In this document: in pieces, positions 12,920 to 24,345 of the stretch
Position numbering within the stretch: position 1 is the stretch's first letter
Layout: each line of letters opens with the position of its first letter
Source: Octopus bimaculoides
Lineage: Eukaryota
DNA: 38,039 nucleotides
Direction of reading: 5' to 3'
Assembly (NCBI RefSeq): GCF_001194135.2
Contig: NC_068983.1
Span: forward strand, 116,819,223 to 116,857,261
Program-made: the position numbers and the translations under genes
Notes under the pieces: model-generated
What the model saw: the letters and a program-made list of their open reading frames with translations, nothing else
Told to the model about the DNA's origin: nothing
Database searches by the model: none

Positions 12920-13440
12920 AGGCTCTAATAAGTGCTACTGGTTAACATGGAATCCAGTAGAACCTGTTGCATGGCCGCGTTGTCGGCTACTAAACCGTCA
13001 CCCCTGCCAGGCTACCCTGGTGAGGAGGGTTGCTAGAAACCCATCAGGATTTAAAACAAGACCTGTTGAAAGGTCGGATGAACCTAGTGCAGCTTCAACG
13101 GCTATCTAGCAATATCACGGGTACACAGAAATTCCGGGATGGTGTCCGGCGTGCTAGAAAACCACTGGGAGTGAGGCATCCCTCAGCCTCTATTGAAGCA
13201 TGTCTTTAGAAGAAGATCACTTTAATATAAAACCCGATATGCCGGGAATGGCATTGGTTTGTGCTAGAAATCATGGCGCTCCCACATCTCTGAGCCTGCG
13301 ACTCATATTGGTACCAGACATCTCGCACTGGCTTGTCTCTAGATAATGTCAAAAGAGTGGAGAGAGTCTATAAAGTGTCGTGCAAGTGTTACTAGACCTA
13401 AAACTCTGCACAGGCATTGCTAACGTCTGCTCGATATGAG
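12920..13440. repeat. Relatively GC-rich interspersed repeat, class uncertain (possibly a LINE 5' region)
   Basis: Compositional island in an AT-rich intron with no ORF. The motif ACCCTGGTGAGGAGGG...AAAACAAGACCTG looks like a retroelement leader, but this is not demonstrated. Confidence 0.25.
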
Positions 13441-13893
13441 CTGCATATTTTGTCCTGATATATAGTTATTTTATTTTAAGTATATATGTATCTATTTTTT
13501 TAGTATATATTTATTTAATTTTATTCGGAAGTGCTGCGGCGATGGAAAGGGGGAAAATATGCAGACCTGACGGGTTGGAAGTATGTAGTCAGCGACCTGC
13601 AAGTCGGCGGCCCATGCTAGATATAAAGTCGTCTCCTTGTCGCCAAAGACAGCGATAGGATTCGGTTGCTGCATGGGAGTCTGAGCAGCTTCATTTGGAC
13701 AGGGCACTGCTCAATCGGAGACCGGGGAGGTTCTAGAAAAGGCAAACCAAAAATCGTCTTTTTTTTTTTTTATATCTGGTCAATTTAGCGCGACTGACGG
13801 ATTTCCACCCTGCGCTCGAAAAACAAAGAGACTTTTTTAACATTCAGTTTTGAATAAATATATATTAAACTATGCCATTTTTTTTTATTTCAG

Positions 13894-13950
13894 ATTCTTA
13901 AAACAGCAGCTGTATGCCTGACTTTTGTATTCATCGTCAGGTCTCACCAG
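13894..13950 (+). CDS. TMTC4: TMTC4-like internal exon B (57 nt, last TM helix)
   Basis: Polypyrimidine tract ttttttttatttcAG and donor CAG|GTcagg. Phase 0/0. Translates ILKTAAVCLTFVFIVRSHQ; joined to the next exon it gives VRSHQRNKDW, aligning with TMTC4 LRCVLRSGEW. Confidence 0.75.
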
Positions 13951-15067
13951 GTCAGGATCTTTCACTGATTTCTCCAAATCTTTTAAAATAACAATAGCGT
14001 TAAATACAGTCATAATTTTTCTTGTCTGAATACATTTTTAAAAAACAGTCTTTAATCTCATATAATATTTATACAATTTACCCTGAGGAAATGACGTTTA
14101 AACATTGAGTCAGTTTTAAACTTTCTTCACAATCACTGTTACAAACGTTAATAGTGAGGATTTTTTAAAATTCAGATATCATTTATAAACCGGAATTATA
14201 AAAGTTTTCTTTAAAGACTATACAGATAAAACTTTATTATAATTTTGTTTTGAAGAAACTTTTCATAACAGCTTTGTTATTTTGGACACGAAGAAGCTAA
14301 ATTTTAATATAGATATTAAAACGGATATAGAACAGAGAAAGTTCTTGTTAATTTGGAGACAAATTGATATAATTCTTATGGGGATAATGAAAATAGATGT
14401 AAAATTAGAAATATGTAAAAATGTATTCTTATCAATACATCAAATTCTGAAATGTTAAGTTCCTGCCAAACTGTATATTTTGTATAGTCACAAAAAGTAC
14501 TTCCTATTTGGGAAACAGTTAGACTGAGCTGAGCATGGAACATTTATGTGTTAGCTAAACATGTTGGAAACGATAACCAAATGTCCCTCAAACTACGTAT
14601 TGCTGTTTAAATAAATTATTTTTATGATTAAAGTGATCCCAAATATGGTGTCTCTGTTGTGGGGTACGATTGAAATAAATGTTTCTTGATTATAGATAGC
14701 TCCGCTATATGCAGCAGTAGTTATACAAAAGAACGGCTTATGATTTAGGTGCAGAGCCAACAGTTTTAAGGGTGGGTGATGATCGTGAAGGTAAAAGCTA
14801 ATGCTTGTGACAGTGCTTTATAGATGCAAAATCCCCAATAAATTTTCTCCATGGTTTTCTTAAATATATCAGCTATAGCAACACAGATGTAAGGAAAAGA
14901 TTCAAGCGGAGAGTGTCAGCATTATCGTTTGAACTGATTTAAAAGGAAGGACGCATTTCATAATAAAGGCCTAAATATATAACTTGAAAAGAAGGTGAGA
15001 TGATTAAAACGGATATACTTTTATCTGTAGATCTTATTGATCATCGAGGCCAAGGAAGCAATACTAT

Positions 15068-15081
15068 AGGCGCAGGAGTGG

Positions 15082-15148
<67 letters not shown>

Positions 15149-15343
15149 TGTGTCGTTGTTTGTCATCCCTTGTATCGCTTGACAACCGATGTCGGAGTGT
15201 AACTTAGCGGTTCGGCAAAAGAGACTGATAGAATAAGTACTAGGCTTACAAAGAATAAGTCCTGGGGTTGATTTTTTCGACTAATTTGACTCCAGAATGG
15301 CCGCAGTCAAACGACTGAAACAAGTAAAACAGAAATAAAAGAA
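15068..15343 (+). mobile_element. SINE family C, internally deleted copy with (TG)n
   Basis: Head AGGCGCAGGAGTGGCTCTGTG is shared with 17262. It is followed by about 30 TG units and a 3' body (CGCTTGACAACCGATG...GATAGAATAAGTAC...ACTGAAACAAGTAAAA). Confidence 0.7.
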
Positions 15344-16245
15344 GAAGTAGGGGATAGGTTTAAGAGAAATTTCGTACTACTCTACCACCTGGCATAGTAT
15401 CATATTCGGGTTTTGGGTAGAATACATTAAAAAAGATATGTGGGAGAAGTGATATTTGGAAAGTAATTTTTGGACTGAACTGAACTATGGGGTAATAGGG
15501 CCAAATTACTGCACTAATTTTCGAAGAACAATTTTCATTTGATGGAAAACTAGATTCATTACAAGAGGTTTCTAACAGATATTAAAAAGTCAAGTTCTAC
15601 TTTCACGAAAGAAAATATCAGTGGTTCAGAAAGGGATCTGCTAGCTAGCTTGTTTTAAAACAAATTGCTAAAGAAATGAAAGCATACAATATTAGAGAAA
15701 TGTTGGTGAAAGCTCATTGCAAAGAAATAGTGCAAATTATGTTAAGGAATAAGGCAGCTAATGAAATCAAATTCAAATAATACAAGATGAGAGAATATCT
15801 ATGAGAGATGAACGTAAGAATCTTTACGTTCCTCAAATTGATAATATGATACAAAACTAGAAATAATCCTACTTATTGAGGAATACAATATGCGATATAA
15901 CCCACAGGAAACTAGGGGTTATCATTATTTGTAAGATTTATTCTGTTGCATGGTAATGATTACGTATTAAGATTAAGGGCTTATGCATATATATAAATTA
16001 GTGTACGTTTTTATACACAAAAGAGATGACCTTAACAGGACACCTTACATGCTGGAAAGGGCAGTTAAAGCCCAAACCACGAATAAGAGTAATTTCAAAG
16101 GGAATGATAAAGAAAACCATTTCAATATTTACCCTTATACTCGAGTTTCAACATGAATGTGAAAATAAAATAATTTGCCATCCGTGCATCATGAGTAAGG
16201 GTGCTAAAATTAATGTATATTTATGCAACACTGAAGACACACGTT

Positions 16246-16933
16246 GGATCTAGTTCAAAACGGGGACACCAGTATTTTCTTAACGAAACACTTTGAAACT
16301 TGGGACACTGGTAGAATGTGTCATATAAAACATCTTTTTCTCTTAGTCTTCTTAAGAAAAATTATTATATTGCAATTTATTTCATGTTAAAGTTGTCGTA
16401 TTTCTGTAATTTCAACCAATGACTGACGTCCATTCAGCCGAATACATTAAGTGCTGACTACGTAAACAAGCGATTCTCAAACGATTCAGGCGGTGATAAA
16501 ATTATTATTTCCTTGTCAAAAAATGGCTGAAGCATATTGGCAGTAGCTAATAAACCTTTCTATTATAGGTACAAGGCCTGGTTTTTGAGGGAAGGAGCAA
16601 GTCAATTAGGGTTAGGGTTAGGGTTAGGGTTAGGGAAAACGAACACACGTGTGTTGCCTCTCTGCAAAATGTCAGAAGTAATGGAGATTAAATACGCTTT
16701 ACACCGCTTAAACTGCCAAAGGAGTAACTATAAACAGCTGAATACTTGTCAGTGATTGGTTGAAATTATCGAAATAAGACAATTTTTTACATGAAATTAA
16801 TTCGAATACAAATTTTTTTTTTCTGTTCTATAACACAAAATAGATAAGTATACGAAGTTTGAAAGTCTTTCGGTACCAAAAACACTACATAAAACATAAA
16901 TGAAAACTGGTGCCCCCGTTTTGAACTAGATCC
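16246..16933. mobile_element. 688-bp non-autonomous DNA transposon (MITE) with 28-bp TIRs and 8-bp TSD, Merlin-like
   Basis: TIR GGATCTAGTTCAAAACGGGGACACCAGT (16246-16273) matches the reverse complement of 16906-16933 at 27/28. Identical TSD CACACGTT at 16238-16245 and 16934-16941. GG termini plus an 8-bp TSD fit Merlin; the superfamily call is tentative. Confidence 0.9.
16606..16635 (+). repeat. (TTAGGG)5 interstitial telomere-like repeat
   Basis: Five perfect units read directly. Confidence 0.97.
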
Positions 16934-17261
16934 CACACGTTACAATCGTATACATTATAATTTTTCAAATCCACCGCGCAAGCGCATCTACAATCGGCAG
17001 CAAATAATAATAACAATTAAAACTGCGTACCGATGTTCTTCAAAATTGCGAAATTATTATTATGAAAAATAATAAGGGTAGAAAATTTAGAGGGGTTTTA
17101 ATTGCCATTTCCGGTATGTAGAGTGTCCTATTTTGTGTTTAAAAACGTACACTAATTTGTATGAAAAACATGTTGTCTATTGACTTTATCACGCATGCTG
17201 GCCACCGGTAGAATATTTCTCTAAATTTTCTACCGTTATTGTTTTTCATATATACATATAT

Positions 17262-17314
17262 AGGCGTAGGAGTGGCTGTGTGGTAAGTAGCTTGTCTACC
17301 AGCCACATGGTTCC
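17262..17314 (+). mobile_element. SINE family C head, cut by an assembly gap
   Basis: AGGCGTAGGAGTGGCTGTGTGGTAAGTAGCTTG...CCACATGGTTCC with a tRNA-like A-box; followed by Ns. Confidence 0.7.
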
Positions 17315-17326
17315 NNNNNNNNNNCA

Positions 17327-17370
<44 letters not shown>

Positions 17371-17378
17371 ACATAATA

Positions 17379-17685
17379 TAATATAATAAATGTGAAAACT
17401 TTCTGTGTATTGGTGTGTCACACTTTGACCTCGCTCTGTCACTATTTAATGACACTTAAAGTGCTGGGATGACAGTAATAGTAGGCATAGAGACAGTGAG
17501 ACTAGACATAGACACTTTAATTGAAATACAGATTCCTCCAAATTAAGCATCTAATATAATAAATGCGAAAACTAATTTCTGTTTGTCAGTGTGTCACACT
17601 TTGATTACCTGTCTCACCATTCAGTGACACTTACTCGTGCTGGGGTGAGAATAACGGTTGCCATAGAGATGGTGAAGGCTGTTGT

Positions 17686-17690
<5 letters not shown>
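17379..17690 (+). repeat. Two tandem ~170-bp units with Helitron-like 5' ends
   Basis: TAATATAATAAATG(T/C)GAAAACT...GTGTGTCACACTTTGA...TGACACTTA..GTGCTGGG occurs near 17379 and 17550; a third related start is at 18513. Confidence 0.6.
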
Positions 17691-17767
<77 letters not shown>

Positions 17768-17938
17768 AAGGAGTGGGTATGTGAGAAAAAGAGGGAGATG
17801 ATGTACAACTTTCCTGGACAGAAGTTCCTGAGGTCAATATATTGAACCAGCAACTGAACACTATCATTTTTGTTTTATTTTTTGCTTTCTTTAATACATA
17901 CATACATATAACATATATATATATATATATATATATAT

Positions 17939-18392
17939 NNNNNNNNNNNNNNNNNNNNNNNNNNNNNNNNNNNNNNNNNNNNNNNNNNNNNNNNNNNNNN
18001 NNNNNNNNNNNNNNNNNNNNNNNNNNNNNNNNNNNNNNNNNNNNNNNNNNNNNNNNNNNNNNNNNNNNNNNNNNNNNNNNNNNNNNNNNNNNNNNNNNNN
18101 NNNNNNNNNNNNNNNNNNNNNNNNNNNNNNNNNNNNNNNNNNNNNNNNNNNNNNNNNNNNNNNNNNNNNNNNNNNNNNNNNNNNNNNNNNNNNNNNNNNN
18201 NNNNNNNNNNNNNNNNNNNNNNNNNNNNNNNNNNNNNNNNNNNNNNNNNNNNNNNNNNNNNNNNNNNNNNNNNNNNNNNNNNNNNNNNNNNNNNNNNNNN
18301 NNNNNNNNNNNNNNNNNNNNNNNNNNNNNNNNNNNNNNNNNNNNNNNNNNNNNNNNNNNNNNNNNNNNNNNNNNNNNNNNNNNNNNNNNNNN
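17939..18392. other. Assembly gap (454 N); other gaps at 17315-17324, 24353-24390 and 29992-30505
   Basis: Runs of N, mostly flanked by microsatellites. Confidence 1.
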
Positions 18393-18435
<43 letters not shown>

Positions 18436-18512
18436 AGATATATACATATACATACACATATATATACAAAATACACTGCAATTGAAATACAAATTCCCCA
18501 AAATTAAACATA

Positions 18513-18869
18513 TCTAATATAATAAATGTGAGTGTCAATGTGTCAGTGTGTGATACGTTTTCAACTTTACTCCTATTCCATTTTGGAATCAGGCTGACTC
18601 CGTGAGTAAATTAAAAACATTCCTGAATCCGGACCTGCAATCCTGAAATTTTGGATTCCTATGTTTTCATTACTGCGATTGTTTTCGGCGATTTTTTTTT
18701 TTTTACATGACTTTTAGCGACGAATATGATAATCATCGGGATATGAATCTGGAGGAAGCAATTGCAACAAATTCTCCCAAACAAGTCAGAGATCTGTTTG
18801 CAGATATTCCCATTCGGAGTTAGTTGCTTAAAAACTACATACTAGCTTAAAAGCCGGCTTTTGAGCTAG
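18513..18869 (+). mobile_element. 357-bp Helitron deletion derivative
   Basis: 5' A|TC(TAATATAATAAATG) and 3' hairpin AAAAGCCGGCTTTT followed by CTAG|T. Internal 18722-18808 encodes EYDNHRDMNLEEAIATNSPKQVRDLFADI, resembling the RepHel DxHWxxTLxEA...PxQLRxLFAxI motif. Confidence 0.65.
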
Positions 18870-19759
18870 TATTTCATAAAGGGCGGTATTTATCTCTTTC
18901 AGATTGCGGTGCCGATAACAATACAGTTGAAGTAACAGTGGGTTTCGTATATATTGATAAGGAGGTGTGTAGTATAATTCCTTAAAGAGGGCTCGCAGAG
19001 GTAAGGGTAGAGAATATACATATACATATACACACATGCATATATACATATAAAAACCAGCATACAGTTACGTATATATATATACACGCAATGAAAGCAA
19101 GTGGCCAAGCAATTTGGTTCACGACCTTAAAGTTCTAGGTTCGATTCCTGACACATCATTTTACGTTGCATTAATCTATTCAACTAAAAATGGAGTTAAC
19201 ATTTTGCCACTTATAATGCACATCATGAGCTCATTTCCCTGAAACCTACTGCTATTGATTATATATACATCCTGTATCAAAGCTTGATTTTGCAATTGAA
19301 CTTTAAGAAAGAAAAAAATAGAAAACAAAGTAAACGTGAATTAGTGTGTTTCACAAAAGTCGAAGTTAGCGAAAACACATGTTTCGATATGAAACTAAAC
19401 TATCATTATTTATTGGGAAATTTCGAACGGTACTTTCTCATCAATTTATATGTTAGAGGGTAAGCATTCCACAGCTACGCGAACACATAACATAATTCAG
19501 TAGGATCTGTGTGGCATAGAGCGTGTTGAAAAGTTGTACTCCTGAAATATATAATGAAGTTATAATCAAAGCTATGGTCTTCTATTTGGCTGCTGTCTTC
19601 CCAGTTCCACTTTCAAAGTGTGTTCCTTTCTGTCGAAGAGCGTAGGCTAGAAACGTAAAAGACTTTCTCACTTCCCGAGCGTTAAACTAATACATCTGTT
19701 TGTTGCTTACACACTCGTCTTCGTTTTTTGCTTTTTGTAAATTCTCACTATATATACAT

Positions 19760-20169
<410 letters not shown>

Positions 20170-20546
20170 ATATATATACATATGTGCATATGAATGTGTG
20201 TATGTAAATATGTGTGTGTATGTATTTATACACACATATATCTTTGTATGTGTAGTTGTCTATATTCATATATCTATATCTATCTACGATATACATGTGT
20301 GTGTATGTGTGCATGTGTGTCTCTTTAGTTTAAATTTTGCAAAACTCACCGAAACTTTCAAACATTCCAACTTTTCTTTACTGTTTAAGTTTTGAGAGAT
20401 TGCAGGCGACATTTATACAAAATTTTATTTCTTAAGATGCAGTATGCAACAAAAATATATTGCAACAACATTTGCAGTAGCAAAAGTGTAAGAAGTATAA
20501 CTGGTCTTTTAGATCTATCTGAGTTTTTCGACAACTTAAATATTCC

Positions 20547-20758
20547 TTCTAGTGTTGGCACAAGACCAGTAATTTTGAGGGGAAAGGGATGTCGATTACA
20601 TTGAGCCCATTGCTTTGATTGGTCCTTATTTTATCCACCTCGAATGGATGAAAGAAAAAGTCGACTTCGGCGGAGTTTGAAATCAGAACGTAAAGATGGA
20701 CGAAATGCTGCAAAGTATTTTTCCCGGCGCGCTAATGGTTGTACAAGCTCGTCATCTT
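20547..20758 (-). mobile_element. SINE family B copy
   Basis: Reverse complement aligns with the head and body of 36823-37000 (TAAG..GCGAGCT..., TACGTTCTGA, GATAAAATAAG, TGTAATCGAC). Confidence 0.75.
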
Positions 20759-21504
20759 ATGACAGCTTAAAACGTTTCTCAGATGATTTTTTTCTAAAAA
20801 TTTCACAATTCGACGTGACTTATTATAATTCTGAGACACTGCACTCGATATTTCATATTATATGATATATTGTGATTTATGCAACGATGATATTTCCATA
20901 TGTGCTTACCTCACAAAATTTAATGAGAAATACCTTTCTCTTGTGAATCGATTATCCTGAAAATTCTAATATCTCTAGCGATGCACGTCCTCACATTAAG
21001 TATTGTTCAGTTGCTTTCTTATATTTGTAGTTTGTATGTAATGTAATTGTAACTAAACAGTCCATTGTCTTTGCATCTCCTATTCCACACCCACCTCGTG
21101 TATCGCCAATATTTGAGTGGATTATTCAAATGCATTATAGTGAATGTGAATCTGGATAAGTAGTTCCATTTTCACTTATTTACTTGGCAACAAATATAAG
21201 AATTACAGTATGTGAAAAAGACAGAAAATGAAATAGAAAAATGAAAGTATAAAAGTATAAAAAGATAACGAATGCATGAATGTATGTATCAATGAATTAA
21301 CCGAAAACAAACGACACGTCAGCCAAAGGACATTACAAATGTTAACAAATTGGCAGCAAAAATATTAGTAGTTTCAATTATCGAGATGCAAACCTATCAT
21401 TTGTATAATATCGTATTATTGATTATTGCAATTAAATGTGCATATGCATCTTCAACATAATGATAACATTCCATTAAGTAAATATTTTTCTTTCTGTATT
21501 TTAG

Positions 21505-21576
21505 AGAAACAAAGATTGGCTCGATGGGAAACGATTATTTCATTCAGGCCTTAAAGTGTGCCCAAATAATGCCAAG
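21505..21576 (+). CDS. TMTC4: TMTC4-like internal exon C (72 nt)
   Basis: Acceptor tttctgtattttAG and donor AAG|GTaagt. Translates RNKDWLDGKRLFHSGLKVCPNNAK, matching TMTC RxxxWxxxxxLFxSxLxVCPxNAK. Confidence 0.9.
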
Positions 21577-23470
21577 GTAAGTTTCCTTTATACATTCATG
21601 CTATAGTTTTTAATTATTTCATTTTACTTGCACACCCTTTAATTAAAGCAGTGTTAAACATTGTTAATTGCATTCATTATGGATACCAGTAATTTCGATT
21701 GAATATATTGTAGCGACCAAAAATACAAGTTATATAATAGCAGAACAATTAAACATATTTTTGGATGAAATTCATCGCTGAAAGAGATGTAATTCAATAT
21801 CTACTTATTCATTTGAGAAACACAGTAATATAAATGGATTAAGACAAGAATACTGCCATAGATCAACCTTCTTATTTCTTATGTGGCTCGTTACAAGATG
21901 CAAGAAACAGAGAATCTATGACCAATTCTGCCAGTCTGATTTGTCCTACATACACAGATTACATGAATACAAACTTTTCATTAAAGAAGTCAAAGTTGCT
22001 TTCAAGTTGTATTTACATAATCAAATTCTTCATTCGACAAATGTTTCATGGTACTGACGCATATGGATATTGCATTAGAATCAAGATCACCATTTCCCAA
22101 AGGTTTCACACGTACTCTGTTTAAAGACTAGGCCGATCTTCAAATTATTTTTCTGGGTAAATATATTTTCACAAACGAACTGAAGTGTATAAATATTGAG
22201 TTACCTACTTGCCATCTCTATATTTTTAGTTATTATGAATGGAATGATACACAATGTGTGATATTAATGATTGGCCATAGGGCGATATCCATGTAAAAAA
22301 TACATAGTGACAATGACTTAAATTAAGGAATATAGTATTGTCGATTAAATAGACCTTAGTAGTTACTCTGATTGGATGGATAGATGGATGACCAAGTTAA
22401 CCTTGACAGCATTTCAACTCAGAGTGAGATAAAATAAATTGAATCTATCAAAATATATTATTGGCAACTATATTACATGCTGAACCCAGAGAAATAGAAT
22501 GCAAAAATGATCTAGTCGGAATCTGTACTGAGAACATAGAACAACTTATTTCACTTCTGCTTGGAATGTTCTTTGCAGTGTTATTTACTCTCTGTTATTT
22601 ACTCTCTTTAAGAAAGAAATATTAATGCTATGCGTTAAATATTCAGACAAGATGTGTTATAAGATACATCTTGTTTGTGTGTTTTACGTGAGACTCTTTT
22701 GAGAAGACGGCTCTCCTTGATAAGGAAGTAACCCACTCCAGTTTAGAGAATAGTGAAAATTTGAATTTAGTTACGTAAGCTAGATGCAGTATATACAACG
22801 TTTTCAGTACTAGAATATCTTGTGTCCACACTTGCATGAACCGCCATTACTTTAATGATGTGGACATCTACAGCTACGAAAATTCGTATCTGATAATTGT
22901 CCTGCATCAAAATTGAGATCACTGCGAAATATTTGATGGATCATAATATCATTTAAAATCAAGAAGCGAGAAAAACAGCTAAATAGTTACACGTATCATA
23001 ATTAGTCATTTGCAGACATACCATACATTCTCTATACGAGTGAGCATAGAAGCACTGAAGATATATATATCCCTTTTTTATTTAAAAAATGAGACGATAC
23101 AAACTGCCTGTTATTCTTGTATTGAATATAAGCTGCAAAATGTAACCGCACTGACGGTTAACTATAATGGAAATCAGAGGAAATTCTGAAAGTTACCCGA
23201 TGATCATTGTTTGTACACTTAATGTCAAAACACTTTAAAATTCTTTTCTTGCGAACATAAATGTGTGCATATTAAGATATTATATTGATACTAAATGTTT
23301 TTAAAAGAATGTAAAAAAGTCTTCCTCTGACAATTCGTTGCGGTTAGACATCCAAATGCACTTAGAATATCCACTGCTGAGTTTGAAGTAACTGCAGCAG
23401 TAAAACACACGTATACACTAATAATTTATACTTGTGTTTATCTTAATTTCCACCCTATATAATCATACTT

Positions 23471-23538
<68 letters not shown>

Positions 23539-23711
23539 ATATAAATAGATATGTGTATTTTCCACTTGTTTACAATTAACACGGAAGAAATAGATAAACG
23601 GTTACCAGGGTAGCAAAAAATCACACAAGTAAAAAGGGCGTAGCACCTTGTTTTTTAAAGGTAGAAACTCTGGGTTAATGTGAAATATTTTGTATAATAT
23701 ATATAAATAAA

Positions 23712-24345
23712 TAAATGGAATTAAACGCAAGTGTTATTCAAATTCCTTTACATCCGACACATGTTTCGAAGATATCATTGGTATTATTCCAAAGAATAAA
23801 ATGGTGTACAACAAAGTAATCTTCTCTTCAGGGAAATGAAGAAATAAAACTCGTCAATAAGCCATTTTAACAGAATATGATGGATATGTATAGTGATGAA
23901 CAAAACGGTATTAAGTTTTTTTAAAAAAACGTTAGAGGATATAACGTCAAAGGTAGTCTATAGAAAGAGGAGGGGTAAAGGAAAGAAAAAAAAATCAGAA
24001 ACCAAATAAATGAGAATTATAGAACGATATGTAGATTAAATAAAACCCTTAAGTCTTGGAAAAAGATATATCTAATGGAAGTAAAATGTAAGAAGAAAAT
24101 CAATGTTTAAATTATGTATAATGGTAGATATCGCTTATATGAACTAAAGGTGTGTTTCTGCCAATGTTCACATCGATAAGCACGCTCTATAACCGTGTTT
24201 ACAAGAGGACTTTTTATGAAAAGAATAAGAAATAGTTCACAATTAGAGAGAAGACAAAATTCCTTGCCTTTATCACAAGGGAACGAAATGGAGAGAATTA
24301 AAGAAGTAAAAGAATTTGAATAACACCTGTATTTAACTCCATTTA
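23712..24345. mobile_element. ~630-bp element with 38-bp imperfect inverted termini between TA-rich tracts, carrying a hammerhead; Penelope-derivative candidate
   Basis: AAATGGAATTAAACGCAAGTGTTATTCAAATTCCTTTA (about 23713-23750) matches the reverse complement of about 24307-24344 at 33/38. Confidence 0.55.
23751..23838 (-). ncRNA. Minimal type I hammerhead ribozyme motif
   Basis: Minus strand CATTTCC-CTGAAGA-GAAGAT[45 nt]ATCTTC-GAAA-CATGTG-TC-GGATG. Core boxes are intact, stem II is a perfect 6 bp with a G-C closing pair, the triplet is GUC, and stem I is TCC/GGA extendable across a 2-nt bulge. Stem III ACATGTGT is self-complementary. Confidence 0.75.

Noticed and set aside
14270-14350. ILDTKKLNFNIDIKTDI, reminiscent of Penelope RT (FLD...TDIY)
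   Set aside because: Too short and AT-rich to support without a search.
17631-18507. Long ORFs of 190-290 aa here and at 29786-30758
   Set aside because: They are open only because they cross N-gaps and dinucleotide repeats.
19371-19450. Third minus-strand hammerhead-like relic (CGAAACATGTGT)
   Set aside because: The core reads TTGATGA instead of CTGATGA, the triplet is GUU and the stems are weak; at best a dead copy.
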